From Candidatus Woesebacteria bacterium (GTDB lineage: Bacteria > Patescibacteriota > Microgenomatia > UBA8517), in the NCBI GenBank assembly GCA_016432365.1, contig CP066686.1:410906-474905 (forward strand): a stretch of DNA of 64,000 nucleotides, written 5' to 3'. The notes below the pieces were generated by a model. The model worked only from the letters and a program-made list of their open reading frames with translations, had not been told where the DNA came from and ran no database searches. The position numbers and the translations under genes were made by a program. Shown piece after piece: positions 10,069 to 18,778 of this stretch (the stretch's first letter is position 1; each line of letters begins with the position of its first letter).

Positions 10069-10326
10069 CTATTCTTCAATAATATCTGTAGCGTTAAAAT
10101 ATCCTGAATTGAAGTTTTGGCTTAAGTTTTCAAGGAAAATTTTTCCGTCCTTCGGAAACACCTTTTCTGGTGTTTCTGCAGCGTAATTTATAATGCCTTC
10201 ACTGTTCAGATTTGCGACAAGACCGCTGTCCCCGTCACATTTAACAGAGTTGTTTTCAAGCACGCAAGTACAAATCACTTTCTGTGACCCGTCATTTTCC
10301 AGTTTGTATATTAATACTTTGGCCAT
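10069..10326 (-). CDS. Small hypothetical protein (85 aa)
   Basis: ORF overlapping the end of the kinase-like gene (coupled). Confidence 0.6.
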   Translation of the reverse strand: MAKVLIYKLENDGSQKVICTCVLENNSVKCDGDSGLVANLNSEGIINYAAETPEKVFPKDGKIFLENLSQNFNSGYFNATDIIEE

Positions 10327-11120
10327 ATTGATTCCGTCGATCCAGGATGATAAGTAAAATCATTCATATCGTCCCAGCTAATTTTACCGCGAGCAAGAAA
10401 TTTGTTTGCTTGATTAATTCTGGCAAACATTGCGTCAATTGTTTTGCCCGGAACAAGTTCTTCTAAAGCCTCTCTTAACCTGTTTTGCTTTTCGTCACTC
10501 GTTAGAAAACTGTCATACTGTTTTGCTAAAGTAGTTGGGATGAGTCTGCCTGCTACCATTTTTGATAAATTCTCGGGTATCCATCCTCGGAGCCACTCGT
10601 TGAACGAAACCCCATTGTCAATTGCAATAACCCGACGGTCTTTTATAAATAAGTTTTCCGGTTTCCTGTCTTTATTCCAGACAACATAGTCGAAAATAGC
10701 GATTTCAAACAACTGGCCCCTTACAGCTTCTTTTTCCCCGTCTCCAGTTTCCCTAAGTGTTCGTTTTGGATCCGGAATAAAATCCTGAATACTCCCCTCA
10801 GCCCCATTGATTGTTCTAATTATTGTAGGGGGAACAAGTCCCGGGTGTAGTGCTTTTGATACAAGATATGCGGCCCGTTCCCTTTTATATAACAAACGAT
10901 GCGATTCGGGAAATTCCCATAAGGTGTCTTCACCCCTGCCCGGTTTAAAAACTCCATTTCCATCCCCTCCAAAATATATCAGCTGTACGATATTACTTCC
11001 CCCAATCAAATTTTTTGTTCTACCCTCATCAATAGGAAGAGTTAAGAGTTCCGTTTCTCTTGAGTCTGAAATAGCTAGTATGTCGGGATTTTGAGGGAGA
11101 TCTCTTGGGAGCGCGTCCAT
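10311..11120 (-). CDS. PI3/PI4-kinase-like (SCO1664/HipA-superfamily) kinase
   Basis: GVFKP, RERAAYLVS, VPPT, GSIQDF, FDYVVWNKDRKPEN, IAIDNGVSF. Confidence 0.8.
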   Translation of the reverse strand: MDALPRDLPQNPDILAISDSRETELLTLPIDEGRTKNLIGGSNIVQLIYFGGDGNGVFKPGRGEDTLWEFPESHRLLYKRERAAYLVSKALHPGLVPPTIIRTINGAEGSIQDFIPDPKRTLRETGDGEKEAVRGQLFEIAIFDYVVWNKDRKPENLFIKDRRVIAIDNGVSFNEWLRGWIPENLSKMVAGRLIPTTLAKQYDSFLTSDEKQNRLREALEELVPGKTIDAMFARINQANKFLARGKISWDDMNDFTYHPGSTESIWPKY

Positions 11121-11126
11121 TTAAAT

Positions 11127-11630
11127 TTACTTTCCTTCTCTTTTTTCTCGGGATTTTTCTACCAATTCTCTTATACCATTACGCTGAAGAGCAAGAAGTT
11201 TAATATTGCCATCAGAGCTTAGTCGAACTCTTTCAAAAGCCCTTACAAATTCCATGTCACCCTGTATCCTAATAAGTTCATCTACATCTGAGGGCAAATC
11301 GGAACCACACCAAGAGTCCCTAATTTTATCAAAAACCTCCCCAGTCATTACCTGAGGTCCTGCAATTGCCCTGAGAAGTACTGAAAAAACAGGGTCAACA
11401 TTTCCGCGAAAATTAACATCGCCCCTCATCAAATATTCCGGGGTCAACTCGTCCATGTGGTCGCTCATAACGGTAATGTATTCTTTAACCACCTCATCCG
11501 CTCTATCTTCCCACTGCGATGGAGTTGCATCCCAACTCAACCTATTCATAAATCTATTGAAATGCCTGTCAGCTAGGGTTAACTTGTCCAGAAAAGAATC
11601 TTGTCTGCTTTCCTCGTAAAAATGATCCAT
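11127..11630 (-). CDS. Hypothetical helical protein (167 aa)
   Basis: ORF ending 6 nt upstream of the kinase gene; TTGACA...TAGATT promoter-like sequence upstream. Confidence 0.7.
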   Translation of the reverse strand: MDHFYEESRQDSFLDKLTLADRHFNRFMNRLSWDATPSQWEDRADEVVKEYITVMSDHMDELTPEYLMRGDVNFRGNVDPVFSVLLRAIAGPQVMTGEVFDKIRDSWCGSDLPSDVDELIRIQGDMEFVRAFERVRLSSDGNIKLLALQRNGIRELVEKSREKREGK

Positions 11631-11784
11631 TGATAATCAATCTAAAATATTCAATTTCGAATGTCAAGATCTAATAACCATCGGTATTCACAAATACTCA
11701 ATTTGTCAGATTCGAAACTTCTTGACCGTTAAGTGGAAAAAGATGTTTAAAAAGAATAAAATTCTAATTGCTGGTAATAAAAAA

Positions 11785-13986
11785 ATGGAAACAAGACTAC
11801 CTGTACGAGATCGAATCATTCCCAGAACGCTTGATGTGTTGACTCAACCAATTCGAAGCGGTTTGGATTACGGTTTGCATAAAGTTACGCGTGGTAAATA
11901 TAAGGCCGATCTCGAATTATATTTCGGCCCCCATGAACACAAGTCAGAGATTGATAAAGGTTTACATGATACTGCGCAGGTCCTTACCGACATCGATGAA
12001 AAACTTGCGGGTGGGAGCGAATTCATAGGCGATAAGTTTGAGGTTTGGAAAAAGGTAAAAACCGAACTGGAGGATCATGTTGGCTTAAAAATAACCGACC
12101 AAGTTTTGATAGACCGGAAAGGTGGCAACCATGTTCTATTTGCAGAAAAGGACGACAAAATTGTCCCCATATTTCTATCGGGAGTATCAACCGAGGGCGA
12201 CACGAGAAGTCTTTTTGGCATCGGCAATGAGTATCCAAAAGAAGCAAATACCTCAGAGAACGTAGCCAGAGAATTGACAATATTCAAAATAATGGAGGCC
12301 GAGGCCTTAGAACCGGAAAATTATAAATTGAGAAAGGTTGATTCGGTTGCAAATGATTTTGAACTACGGAGGCATGCACTTTTTGAAAGAGAAGGTGATG
12401 AGTTTGAAGCAATAAGAGCTCAAGGCGCCCTAAGTATAGGCGAGCTGCAAACTGTTTCCAGGCTTTTGCTTTTTGGGGGAATAACTTTTGAAGAAGGAGA
12501 AGTAAGAACAAGTCCGTCACTTGAAGACATTTGGATTAAAACAAGGATGATCTCCATGGGCGAAAATGTGGATACAAAAACAGCTCAGGCAGTAGCTCAA
12601 AAAGAAATTGCTCAATTCGCTAAGGAGGTCGTTTATTTTCGTTTGGCCCAACAATATTTTGTAGAACACCCCGACGTGACCAGAGAATTTATGAAATCGG
12701 AATACTACCTCCAACATCGAAAAGATTTTATAAATTCGCATCTTGCTGCCCGTGGCCAAACGGAAGAAAAAATTGCCGAAGCTATGCTTGCGAATTATTG
12801 TCTTGCAAGGTTCGAAAAAACAGACATAGAAAATTCTCCATCCCAAAAATACATTAAGGATAAAGAAGGCTTCATGGGGGATATTGACAACTTTTTGACA
12901 GGTTTGGGTGTCTTTGTCCCGGGTGAAATTAGAGATTTAGCTACAGAGCTAAAAGGAGCCTTAGTCAATAAAGTTATAAGCTACAATCAAAGATATGTTG
13001 CCCTGGCCGAGGCCAAACGATCTTTAGAGAAGGTTGCAAATGAAATATGGCGCCACAAAGAAACACGGAAAATATTTGATCGATTGGTACAGCTGTCTCC
13101 ATTTGATTTTGTCGATGATAAAGAAAAACCGGTAAAAGTATTCAGAGTGATTATTGGTAATTTAGGTCTTGCCAAGGTTCCAGGTGAGGGTAAATTCACA
13201 ATGTCGAGCTATTTACCAAAAGTTCCATATTATCCGGAAGGCAGTGAGGTTTTGCCGTTCGATCCCGAAAAGGCAAGACACGCAAAAATTATCGATTCGA
13301 TAAAGTGTATATTTGACGGGAGTGTTTTGCCGCCAAGCGGTTCTGGTGAAAAGGCTAGCGCATATGAATCTCAGGTGACGAGAATTTATACGGAAGGAAC
13401 CACGATTTTAAGATTTTTGACTGAAGATCCGAGAATCCCTGATAACGTTAGGGAATTTGTACAAGCAATAACAAGCGACAATCTTGGCCAAAAAATTCTG
13501 GAACGTTATGGTCCGGTTAGCGATCAAGATCCTCAAATAGTCAACAGGTTTTTTAAAGACGGCTTCGACCGTTTTCAGACAATGATAACCCATCGTTATG
13601 TCACCGATTTTGTTAGAGGAGTCGAAACAAATTTAATACTTCTTACGGGGGGCACAGGGGATAAAGTAAGCAGGCAATTTATGGGGGATTGGAAGAATTT
13701 TGATTTTTCTCAATTACCGGATGAAGTTGTAGATAAAGCGATTGAGATGACACTCGCGGACGGCAAACACAGACTTGAGCTACTTAACCATGAGACGTCG
13801 GAAAGAACAACGCTAAAAGATAAGCAGGAACTTTTGGAAAAAGTTTTCGGTTGGAATACTTACGATATGTGGTTTTTGAGATGGGAGAAATTCTGGAATG
13901 TTTGGAATACTTTGGGGGGCGCTTGGGACTGTATATGTTTTATGAGAAAACCGATATTTAACCCTGGCACCATCAAGCAATTTTGA
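11785..13986 (+). CDS. Large hypothetical protein (~733 aa)
   Basis: Long uninterrupted ORF; no family recognised; start uncertain. Confidence 0.75.
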   Translation: METRLPVRDRIIPRTLDVLTQPIRSGLDYGLHKVTRGKYKADLELYFGPHEHKSEIDKGLHDTAQVLTDIDEKLAGGSEFIGDKFEVWKKVKTELEDHVGLKITDQVLIDRKGGNHVLFAEKDDKIVPIFLSGVSTEGDTRSLFGIGNEYPKEANTSENVARELTIFKIMEAEALEPENYKLRKVDSVANDFELRRHALFEREGDEFEAIRAQGALSIGELQTVSRLLLFGGITFEEGEVRTSPSLEDIWIKTRMISMGENVDTKTAQAVAQKEIAQFAKEVVYFRLAQQYFVEHPDVTREFMKSEYYLQHRKDFINSHLAARGQTEEKIAEAMLANYCLARFEKTDIENSPSQKYIKDKEGFMGDIDNFLTGLGVFVPGEIRDLATELKGALVNKVISYNQRYVALAEAKRSLEKVANEIWRHKETRKIFDRLVQLSPFDFVDDKEKPVKVFRVIIGNLGLAKVPGEGKFTMSSYLPKVPYYPEGSEVLPFDPEKARHAKIIDSIKCIFDGSVLPPSGSGEKASAYESQVTRIYTEGTTILRFLTEDPRIPDNVREFVQAITSDNLGQKILERYGPVSDQDPQIVNRFFKDGFDRFQTMITHRYVTDFVRGVETNLILLTGGTGDKVSRQFMGDWKNFDFSQLPDEVVDKAIEMTLADGKHRLELLNHETSERTTLKDKQELLEKVFGWNTYDMWFLRWEKFWNVWNTLGGAWDCICFMRKPIFNPGTIKQF

Positions 13987-14519
13987 TGAAGTTTTTTAAA
14001 AGATACACGAAAGTTTGGGGGATATTAATTGCTGTATTAATTTCCCTGTTAATTTTTATCTTCCGGGACAAGCTTGCCGGCCTTCAGACTTATGGCTTTT
14101 TTGGTCTTTTCTTGCTAAACATAGTTGGTAGCGCAACATTGTTTTTACCCACCCCACTTTTTTTATCGGCATTTGTTGCTGGTTCAATTTATAACCCAAT
14201 TTTAGTGGCAATAGTAGCGTCAGCCGGTTCGGCTATTGGGGAACTTACCGGGTATCTGGCCGGTTATGGGGCGGAGGATATTTTGGAAAAAGACATAAAA
14301 GTCCAAAAGATTAAAGGGTGGATGAAAAAGCGAGGCTTTTTGACTCTTTTTTTGTTGGCGGCAATTCCAAATCCGGTATTTGACATGGCTGGGTTTGTAG
14401 CCGGGGCAACAGATGTTTCGGTTAAAAAGTACCTAATCGCTGTTTGGTTGGGAAAACTTGTTAAATTTTCTGTGATATCGTATGCCGGAGCGAGCTCGCT
14501 GGCATTATTTGGAGTATAA
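13986..14519 (+). CDS. VTT/DedA (SNARE-associated) membrane protein
   Basis: GSAIGELTGYLAGYG and IPNPVFDMAGFVAG motifs. Confidence 0.85.
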   Translation: MKFFKRYTKVWGILIAVLISLLIFIFRDKLAGLQTYGFFGLFLLNIVGSATLFLPTPLFLSAFVAGSIYNPILVAIVASAGSAIGELTGYLAGYGAEDILEKDIKVQKIKGWMKKRGFLTLFLLAAIPNPVFDMAGFVAGATDVSVKKYLIAVWLGKLVKFSVISYAGASSLALFGV

Positions 14520-14526
14520 TCTGGCC

Positions 14527-14769
14527 ATGAGTGAAGCCCAATTTGATCCGGACAAAATCAGATTAAGTTTAATAAATGATGCCTATAAACGTGGCATGAG
14601 ATATGGACAGATAACCCCAGATATGCAGATTGCACAGTGGATGGCAATCGGTTTAAAACGTTTGGAAGAAGGTAAAATTCTTACATCCGAAGCATTGGAA
14701 GCTATAGACAGAATGGGCGGAACCGATCACCCCGATCCGTTTATCGATCCCCGAAGGAAATTAATCTAG
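14527..14769 (+). CDS. Small hypothetical protein (80 aa)
   Basis: ATG 6 nt after TATAAT. Confidence 0.6.
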   Translation: MSEAQFDPDKIRLSLINDAYKRGMRYGQITPDMQIAQWMAIGLKRLEEGKILTSEALEAIDRMGGTDHPDPFIDPRRKLI

Positions 14770-14789
14770 TTTGATGCTAAAATCTCCTC

Positions 14790-15890
14790 GTGGCCAAAAA
14801 ATACTTTAAATCGAAAAATGGGGACATTTCCCTTCCTGTTTTTTTTCCAGATGCTACGCGTGCCGTTGTAAGATCAATTGATACAACAGATCTGGAAAGT
14901 ACCAAAACTCCGGGGATTTTAGTCAACACCTTTCATTTGTGGCAGGGACTTGGAAAAGATGTCCTGAAAAGGTTTGGCGGAGTTCGTGAACTTATGGATT
15001 ACAAAGGAGGGGTAATTTCCGATTCCGGCGGATTTCAGGTTATGTCTGTTATTAAATCCGGGCAGCTAAAAGGCAAAATTACGGATGAGGGAGCCGTGTT
15101 TTACCCGTCACAAAATAAAAAGAAGATTCTTACACCCGAAAAATCTATCGAATTTCAGATGACCCTTAAAACCGATATGGTGGTTGTACTGGATGACTTT
15201 ACCGATCCTAAATCAAATTACGATGAGGCTAAGATATCTGTAGAAAGAACTCTGGATTGGGCCAAGCGGAGTAAAAACGAATTCGATAAAATTTGCAAGG
15301 ACAGAAAGCTCTCGATTGATGCGCGCCCCTATATTTTGGGAGTGGTACAGGGAGGAAAATTTCAAGATTTAAGGGAGTACTGCACCAAAGAACTGGTAAA
15401 AATAGGATTTGACGGTTTGGGTTATGGGGGTTGGCCGATTACGGAAGAGGGGAGTTTTGATTACGATTCCGCAAAATCTATTGCCAACAATGTTCCGGAG
15501 GACTATTTTCTCTATGGACTTGGAGTGGGCAAACCCAACGAAGTCGTTGAATGTTCTAAATTAGGTTTCAATATTTTTGATTGTGTTTTGCCTACACGCG
15601 ACGGCAGGCACGGAAGGCTGTATGTTTACAATGCAACATCAATAAAAGGAATTGACGTTTTTGCCCCGAAAATTTATTCGTTTTTTACTCCGAGCAAGGA
15701 AGTTTATTATAAAGATACATCTCCGGTCAGCCTTGCTTGTGATTGTCTACTTTGTACCCGCTATTCAAGGGCATATCTTGCTCATTTATTTAAAATCGGA
15801 GATTTTACAGCTGGGCGCTTGGCCACCATCCACAATCTTCGTTTTTACTCCATTTTGATGGAGAAGATTGGAGAAAAACTTCGGGGTTGA
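14790..15890 (+). CDS. tgt: tRNA-guanine transglycosylase
   Basis: LVNTFHL, DSGGFQV, GVVQGG, FDCVLPTRDGRHG, Zn site CDCLLC...HNL. Confidence 0.93.
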   Translation: MAKKYFKSKNGDISLPVFFPDATRAVVRSIDTTDLESTKTPGILVNTFHLWQGLGKDVLKRFGGVRELMDYKGGVISDSGGFQVMSVIKSGQLKGKITDEGAVFYPSQNKKKILTPEKSIEFQMTLKTDMVVVLDDFTDPKSNYDEAKISVERTLDWAKRSKNEFDKICKDRKLSIDARPYILGVVQGGKFQDLREYCTKELVKIGFDGLGYGGWPITEEGSFDYDSAKSIANNVPEDYFLYGLGVGKPNEVVECSKLGFNIFDCVLPTRDGRHGRLYVYNATSIKGIDVFAPKIYSFFTPSKEVYYKDTSPVSLACDCLLCTRYSRAYLAHLFKIGDFTAGRLATIHNLRFYSILMEKIGEKLRG

Positions 15891-15927
15891 CATATTGAGA
15901 TATTTGAGCTTATACTTCGGCACTTAC

Positions 15928-16596
15928 ATGGAAGACGGTCAAAATACAGGAAATAGTCAGGTTCAAGCTCCACCTCAGGAAACTTTATCTCCGAATGTGT
16001 CTTTTCCAACTGTTGGTCAACCTCAAAAAGGGGGCGGTGCCAAGACTCTTCTTGTTGTCGGTATTCTAGTCTTGGTGGCGATTTTGGGTTTTGTGATTTA
16101 TAAAAGTGCAACCAGTAAAGGCGAGGCCTTGGCCGAGCCCACTCCTATCGAAAATCAAATAGTCGGAAATCAGGATGTAAATACAGATACACCCACGCCT
16201 GTCGCAACAGCCAAACCTATTGATAAAACCCAGGTTTCGATCCAAATTCAAAATGGCACAGGTATTACAGGAGAGGCCGCCTACCTTCAAACTGCTCTTA
16301 AAGATTTGGGATATACAGATGTTAAGGTTGGAAATGCAGGCGATCAGACAGCTTCGGTTACGGTTGTTACTTTTAGTAGCTCTCTTGATTCGGCAGCCGT
16401 CAGCGAGTTAACTCTAAAACTTAATTCTATTTACCAGAATGTTACCGTTAAAACCTCAAGCACACAGACATTTGATGTAGTAGTTGTTACAGGACTAAGG
16501 AAAGGTACAACTGCAAAGCCTTCTGCCTCACCTTCACCCAAACCAAGCACCTCTCCAAGCGTAAGTCCTAGCACATCTCCAACTGGAACTCAATAG
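15928..16596 (+). CDS. Membrane-anchored LytR C-terminal domain protein with P/S/T tail
   Basis: TM helix; IQIQNGTGITGEA...LGY...VGNA...DVVVVTG pattern. Confidence 0.8.
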   Translation: MEDGQNTGNSQVQAPPQETLSPNVSFPTVGQPQKGGGAKTLLVVGILVLVAILGFVIYKSATSKGEALAEPTPIENQIVGNQDVNTDTPTPVATAKPIDKTQVSIQIQNGTGITGEAAYLQTALKDLGYTDVKVGNAGDQTASVTVVTFSSSLDSAAVSELTLKLNSIYQNVTVKTSSTQTFDVVVVTGLRKGTTAKPSASPSPKPSTSPSVSPSTSPTGTQ

Positions 16597-16719
16597 TTTC
16601 ACACCGTCCCACAGCCTGTGAAAACTCGTGTGAAACAAGCCTTAGAAGCGAAGTCCCCCGAAGCGGAACATTTTTCGCGAAGGGGGAAAATAATTATCCT
16701 GTGATACAATTATTTTGCC

Positions 16720-17169
16720 GTGCAACAGTTTTCCCAGATCTTAAGTTTTATCAGCCGGAGCTTTAATTTAAATCTCGGCAAGTTTTCTATCCCTGTAACT
16801 TATTGGGAGGTAGGCGCAATAATTTTTCTCATTTTCCTTTTAATTTTGAGTATGGCTCAGTTTAGACGCCATTATGTGGACTATGGTCTCAAGGGGGGTA
16901 TTTTCGGTGTGGTTATTGGATTCCTACTGGCCTTAGTTTTGGAAGGATTTTTGATTGTCGGGGGCAAAACCGCCGTGACTGAGTTTTTAGGCTGGAAAAA
17001 CGCTCCAAAGCCTTTGCAGGTAGCCTTAGATGCCGGCAAAACCCAACTTATTCAGGTTTTGGGAGTAAGTAGTCCGGACAACTCCACATTCCAGGGTGCT
17101 TTGGAAAATATTCAGACTTTAAGCCCCGCGGACCTCAAAAAGGTCAAAAGCCTCATCTGCCAACCCTGA
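16720..17169 (+). CDS. Hypothetical membrane protein
   Basis: Two TM helices; GTG after TACAAT. Confidence 0.75.
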   Translation: MQQFSQILSFISRSFNLNLGKFSIPVTYWEVGAIIFLIFLLILSMAQFRRHYVDYGLKGGIFGVVIGFLLALVLEGFLIVGGKTAVTEFLGWKNAPKPLQVALDAGKTQLIQVLGVSSPDNSTFQGALENIQTLSPADLKKVKSLICQP

Positions 17170-17206
17170 CCCATAGTTTGACTTTCTGGTGTGTTTTTGA
17201 TATAAT
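17170..17206 (+). promoter_or_regulatory. Strong sigma70 promoter (CCCATAG-t-TTGACT-N17-TATAAT)
   Basis: -35 at 17178-17183, -10 at 17201-17206. Confidence 0.85.
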
Positions 17207-17235
17207 AGCCCTTCGTTGTTAGTTTTTCGTTGTTA

Positions 17236-17258
17236 AGTACATTAACAGCTTCAAGAGA
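17236..17258 (+). promoter_or_regulatory. boxA-like motif plus 5' arm AGCTTCAAGAGA (unit 0)
   Basis: AGTACATTAACA (8/12 to E. coli boxA TGCTCTTTAACA). Arm 17247-17258 is the exact reverse complement of 18474-18485. Confidence 0.7.
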
Positions 17259-17299
17259 AAATAATTCAAATTCAACACTTACCTTGAAAGGAGGCAAAA

Positions 17300-18472
17300 G
17301 TGAACGAAAGATTTAGAGTCAACTTGTTTGACTGTACCAATTGCGGAACGACCAAGATCTATGCATTTCTTCACGAATGTCCTGGTTGCGGAACCCCGAA
17401 TCCTGGCCAAGGTCATTGGTATCCTGGGCCCTATGTGACTGATATCAAAATGTTGCAGCTTGCGGCCAAAGAGCCTTTTTGGAAGTGTTCCCATTGTGAA
17501 GGATCAAACTTCGGAGAAGACAAAAGCAAGGGCTGTCAGCATTGCGGACATGAATACGACCCGAGCGATATCAGCGCAAAAGTTATCCCAGGCGGAACCA
17601 GCCAAACGAACGCTCCAAGGCGTCCGGCTGTGCACGATTCGTCCTATTATGTTCCTGCCGATCTTCCCTCACCCAAGGTCGTTCATTCCAGCCCGAGTTA
17701 TCAGCGGAGCATGGTCAGTTCGCTGCCTAGTTACAAAAGTAGCGGCAGGAGTGGACTGAGGCTTGACGGACAGACGCTTGGAATTGCGGCAGTAATCTTG
17801 GTGATAGTTGCTCTTTTGGGGGCATTTTTGTTCGCCAAGTTTCACACAACTGCACACAATGCTGAGTTTACTGGGCCTTCTTGGACGCGGTCATTCGACG
17901 TTCAACGGTTTGAGGTTGTACATGAATCAGACAGCACATCCAACCCTCCAGCTTCGGCCTACAACATAGATTCTTGGGTTACCACTGAAAAAAAAGAGGT
18001 GACACGGTCGGAGGAATATACAGTTCCAAAAACCTGCCACCATAGTGAAGATTTGGGCAATGGATTTACTCGCGAATGGGACGAAGACTGTAGTTATACT
18101 GCTACAAGACAGGTCTTTGATCACTACGATTACATCGACACAACTCACTACAGTTACGATCACAATGAGTGGGTTTTTTACCGGACTATCAGCGAGAGTC
18201 GAGACAACTTCGAGCCGTTTTGGCCTGCTTACAACCTAAATCTGGAGGGCCAGACTGTTCTCGGCGCTGAAAGAGCGGTGAATTATCGTGAAACCTACAC
18301 GCTCAAATTCGATTGGTACGATAAAGATGAAACCAAATTTACGGCTATTTATAAGGTTTCTGAGGCCGAATGGCACCAGTATGTTGTTGGTGAGTACTAT
18401 CCGATCGAAGTAAATAGCCTGGGTGAAGTCAGGAACAATCCTCTTCAGGATAAACTTAACCCGCCGGAGTAA
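17300..18472 (+). CDS. Double Zn-ribbon, single-TM membrane protein with extracytoplasmic C-terminal domain
   Basis: Four CxxC pairs, P/S-rich linker, TM helix; AGGAGG SD before GTG. Confidence 0.8.
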   Translation: MNERFRVNLFDCTNCGTTKIYAFLHECPGCGTPNPGQGHWYPGPYVTDIKMLQLAAKEPFWKCSHCEGSNFGEDKSKGCQHCGHEYDPSDISAKVIPGGTSQTNAPRRPAVHDSSYYVPADLPSPKVVHSSPSYQRSMVSSLPSYKSSGRSGLRLDGQTLGIAAVILVIVALLGAFLFAKFHTTAHNAEFTGPSWTRSFDVQRFEVVHESDSTSNPPASAYNIDSWVTTEKKEVTRSEEYTVPKTCHHSEDLGNGFTREWDEDCSYTATRQVFDHYDYIDTTHYSYDHNEWVFYRTISESRDNFEPFWPAYNLNLEGQTVLGAERAVNYRETYTLKFDWYDKDETKFTAIYKVSEAEWHQYVVGEYYPIEVNSLGEVRNNPLQDKLNPPE

Positions 18473-18473
18473 A

Positions 18474-18485
18474 TCTCTTGAAGCT
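18474..18485 (+). repeat. 3' arm TCTCTTGAAGCT (pairs with 17247-17258)
   Basis: Perfect 12-bp inverted repeat starting 1 nt after the stop; followed by TTAGTT. Confidence 0.8.
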
Positions 18486-18498
18486 TTAGTTGAACCTT

Positions 18499-18561
18499 GG
18501 GACTGGAAAGTCAATTTGTCGATCTTTGACACGTTGATACTACCAGTCCCTGTTTGTTTTT
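18499..18561 (+). terminator. Long hairpin / probable intrinsic terminator
   Basis: GGGACTGG...CCAGTCCC with inner TCAA/TTGA and TGTC/GACA pairs, then TGTTTGTTTTT. Confidence 0.6.
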
Positions 18562-18609
18562 CCCCATAATTTTTAATTTTAAATTATTAATTATAAATTT
18601 ATGTTTCAT

Positions 18610-18647
18610 CCCATAGCTCTTGACTTTTTCTATTTTTCTGGTATACT
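18610..18647 (+). promoter_or_regulatory. Strong sigma70 promoter (CCCATAG-ctc-TTGACT-N16-TATACT, extended TG)
   Basis: -35 at 18620-18625, -10 at 18642-18647. Confidence 0.8.
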
Positions 18648-18661
18648 TGCCTCACGTCTTT

Positions 18662-18737
18662 TGACTGGGAAACCGGTCAGTTTTTTTGCGACTGGGATTT
18701 CAGTGTAAAAAGTGAACATTAACATCTTGAGATTCAA
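18662..18737 (+). promoter_or_regulatory. Structured leader: GAAA-tetraloop hairpin, second hairpin, boxA-like motif, 5' arm ATCTTGAGATTCAA (unit 1)
   Basis: TGACTGG-GAAA-CCGGTCA; TTTTTGCGACTG...CAGTGTAAAAA; TGAACATTAACA (9/12 boxA). Arm 18724-18737 is the reverse complement of 21605-21618. Confidence 0.7.
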
Positions 18738-18778
18738 AGATAGTTAAAACATTTCAAAAAGGTTCAAGGAGGAACCAA

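Noticed and set aside
16597-16690. Two hairpins downstream of the LytR-C gene
   Set aside because: Single occurrence with no clear U-tract or family resemblance; probably terminator or REP-like and too weak to call.
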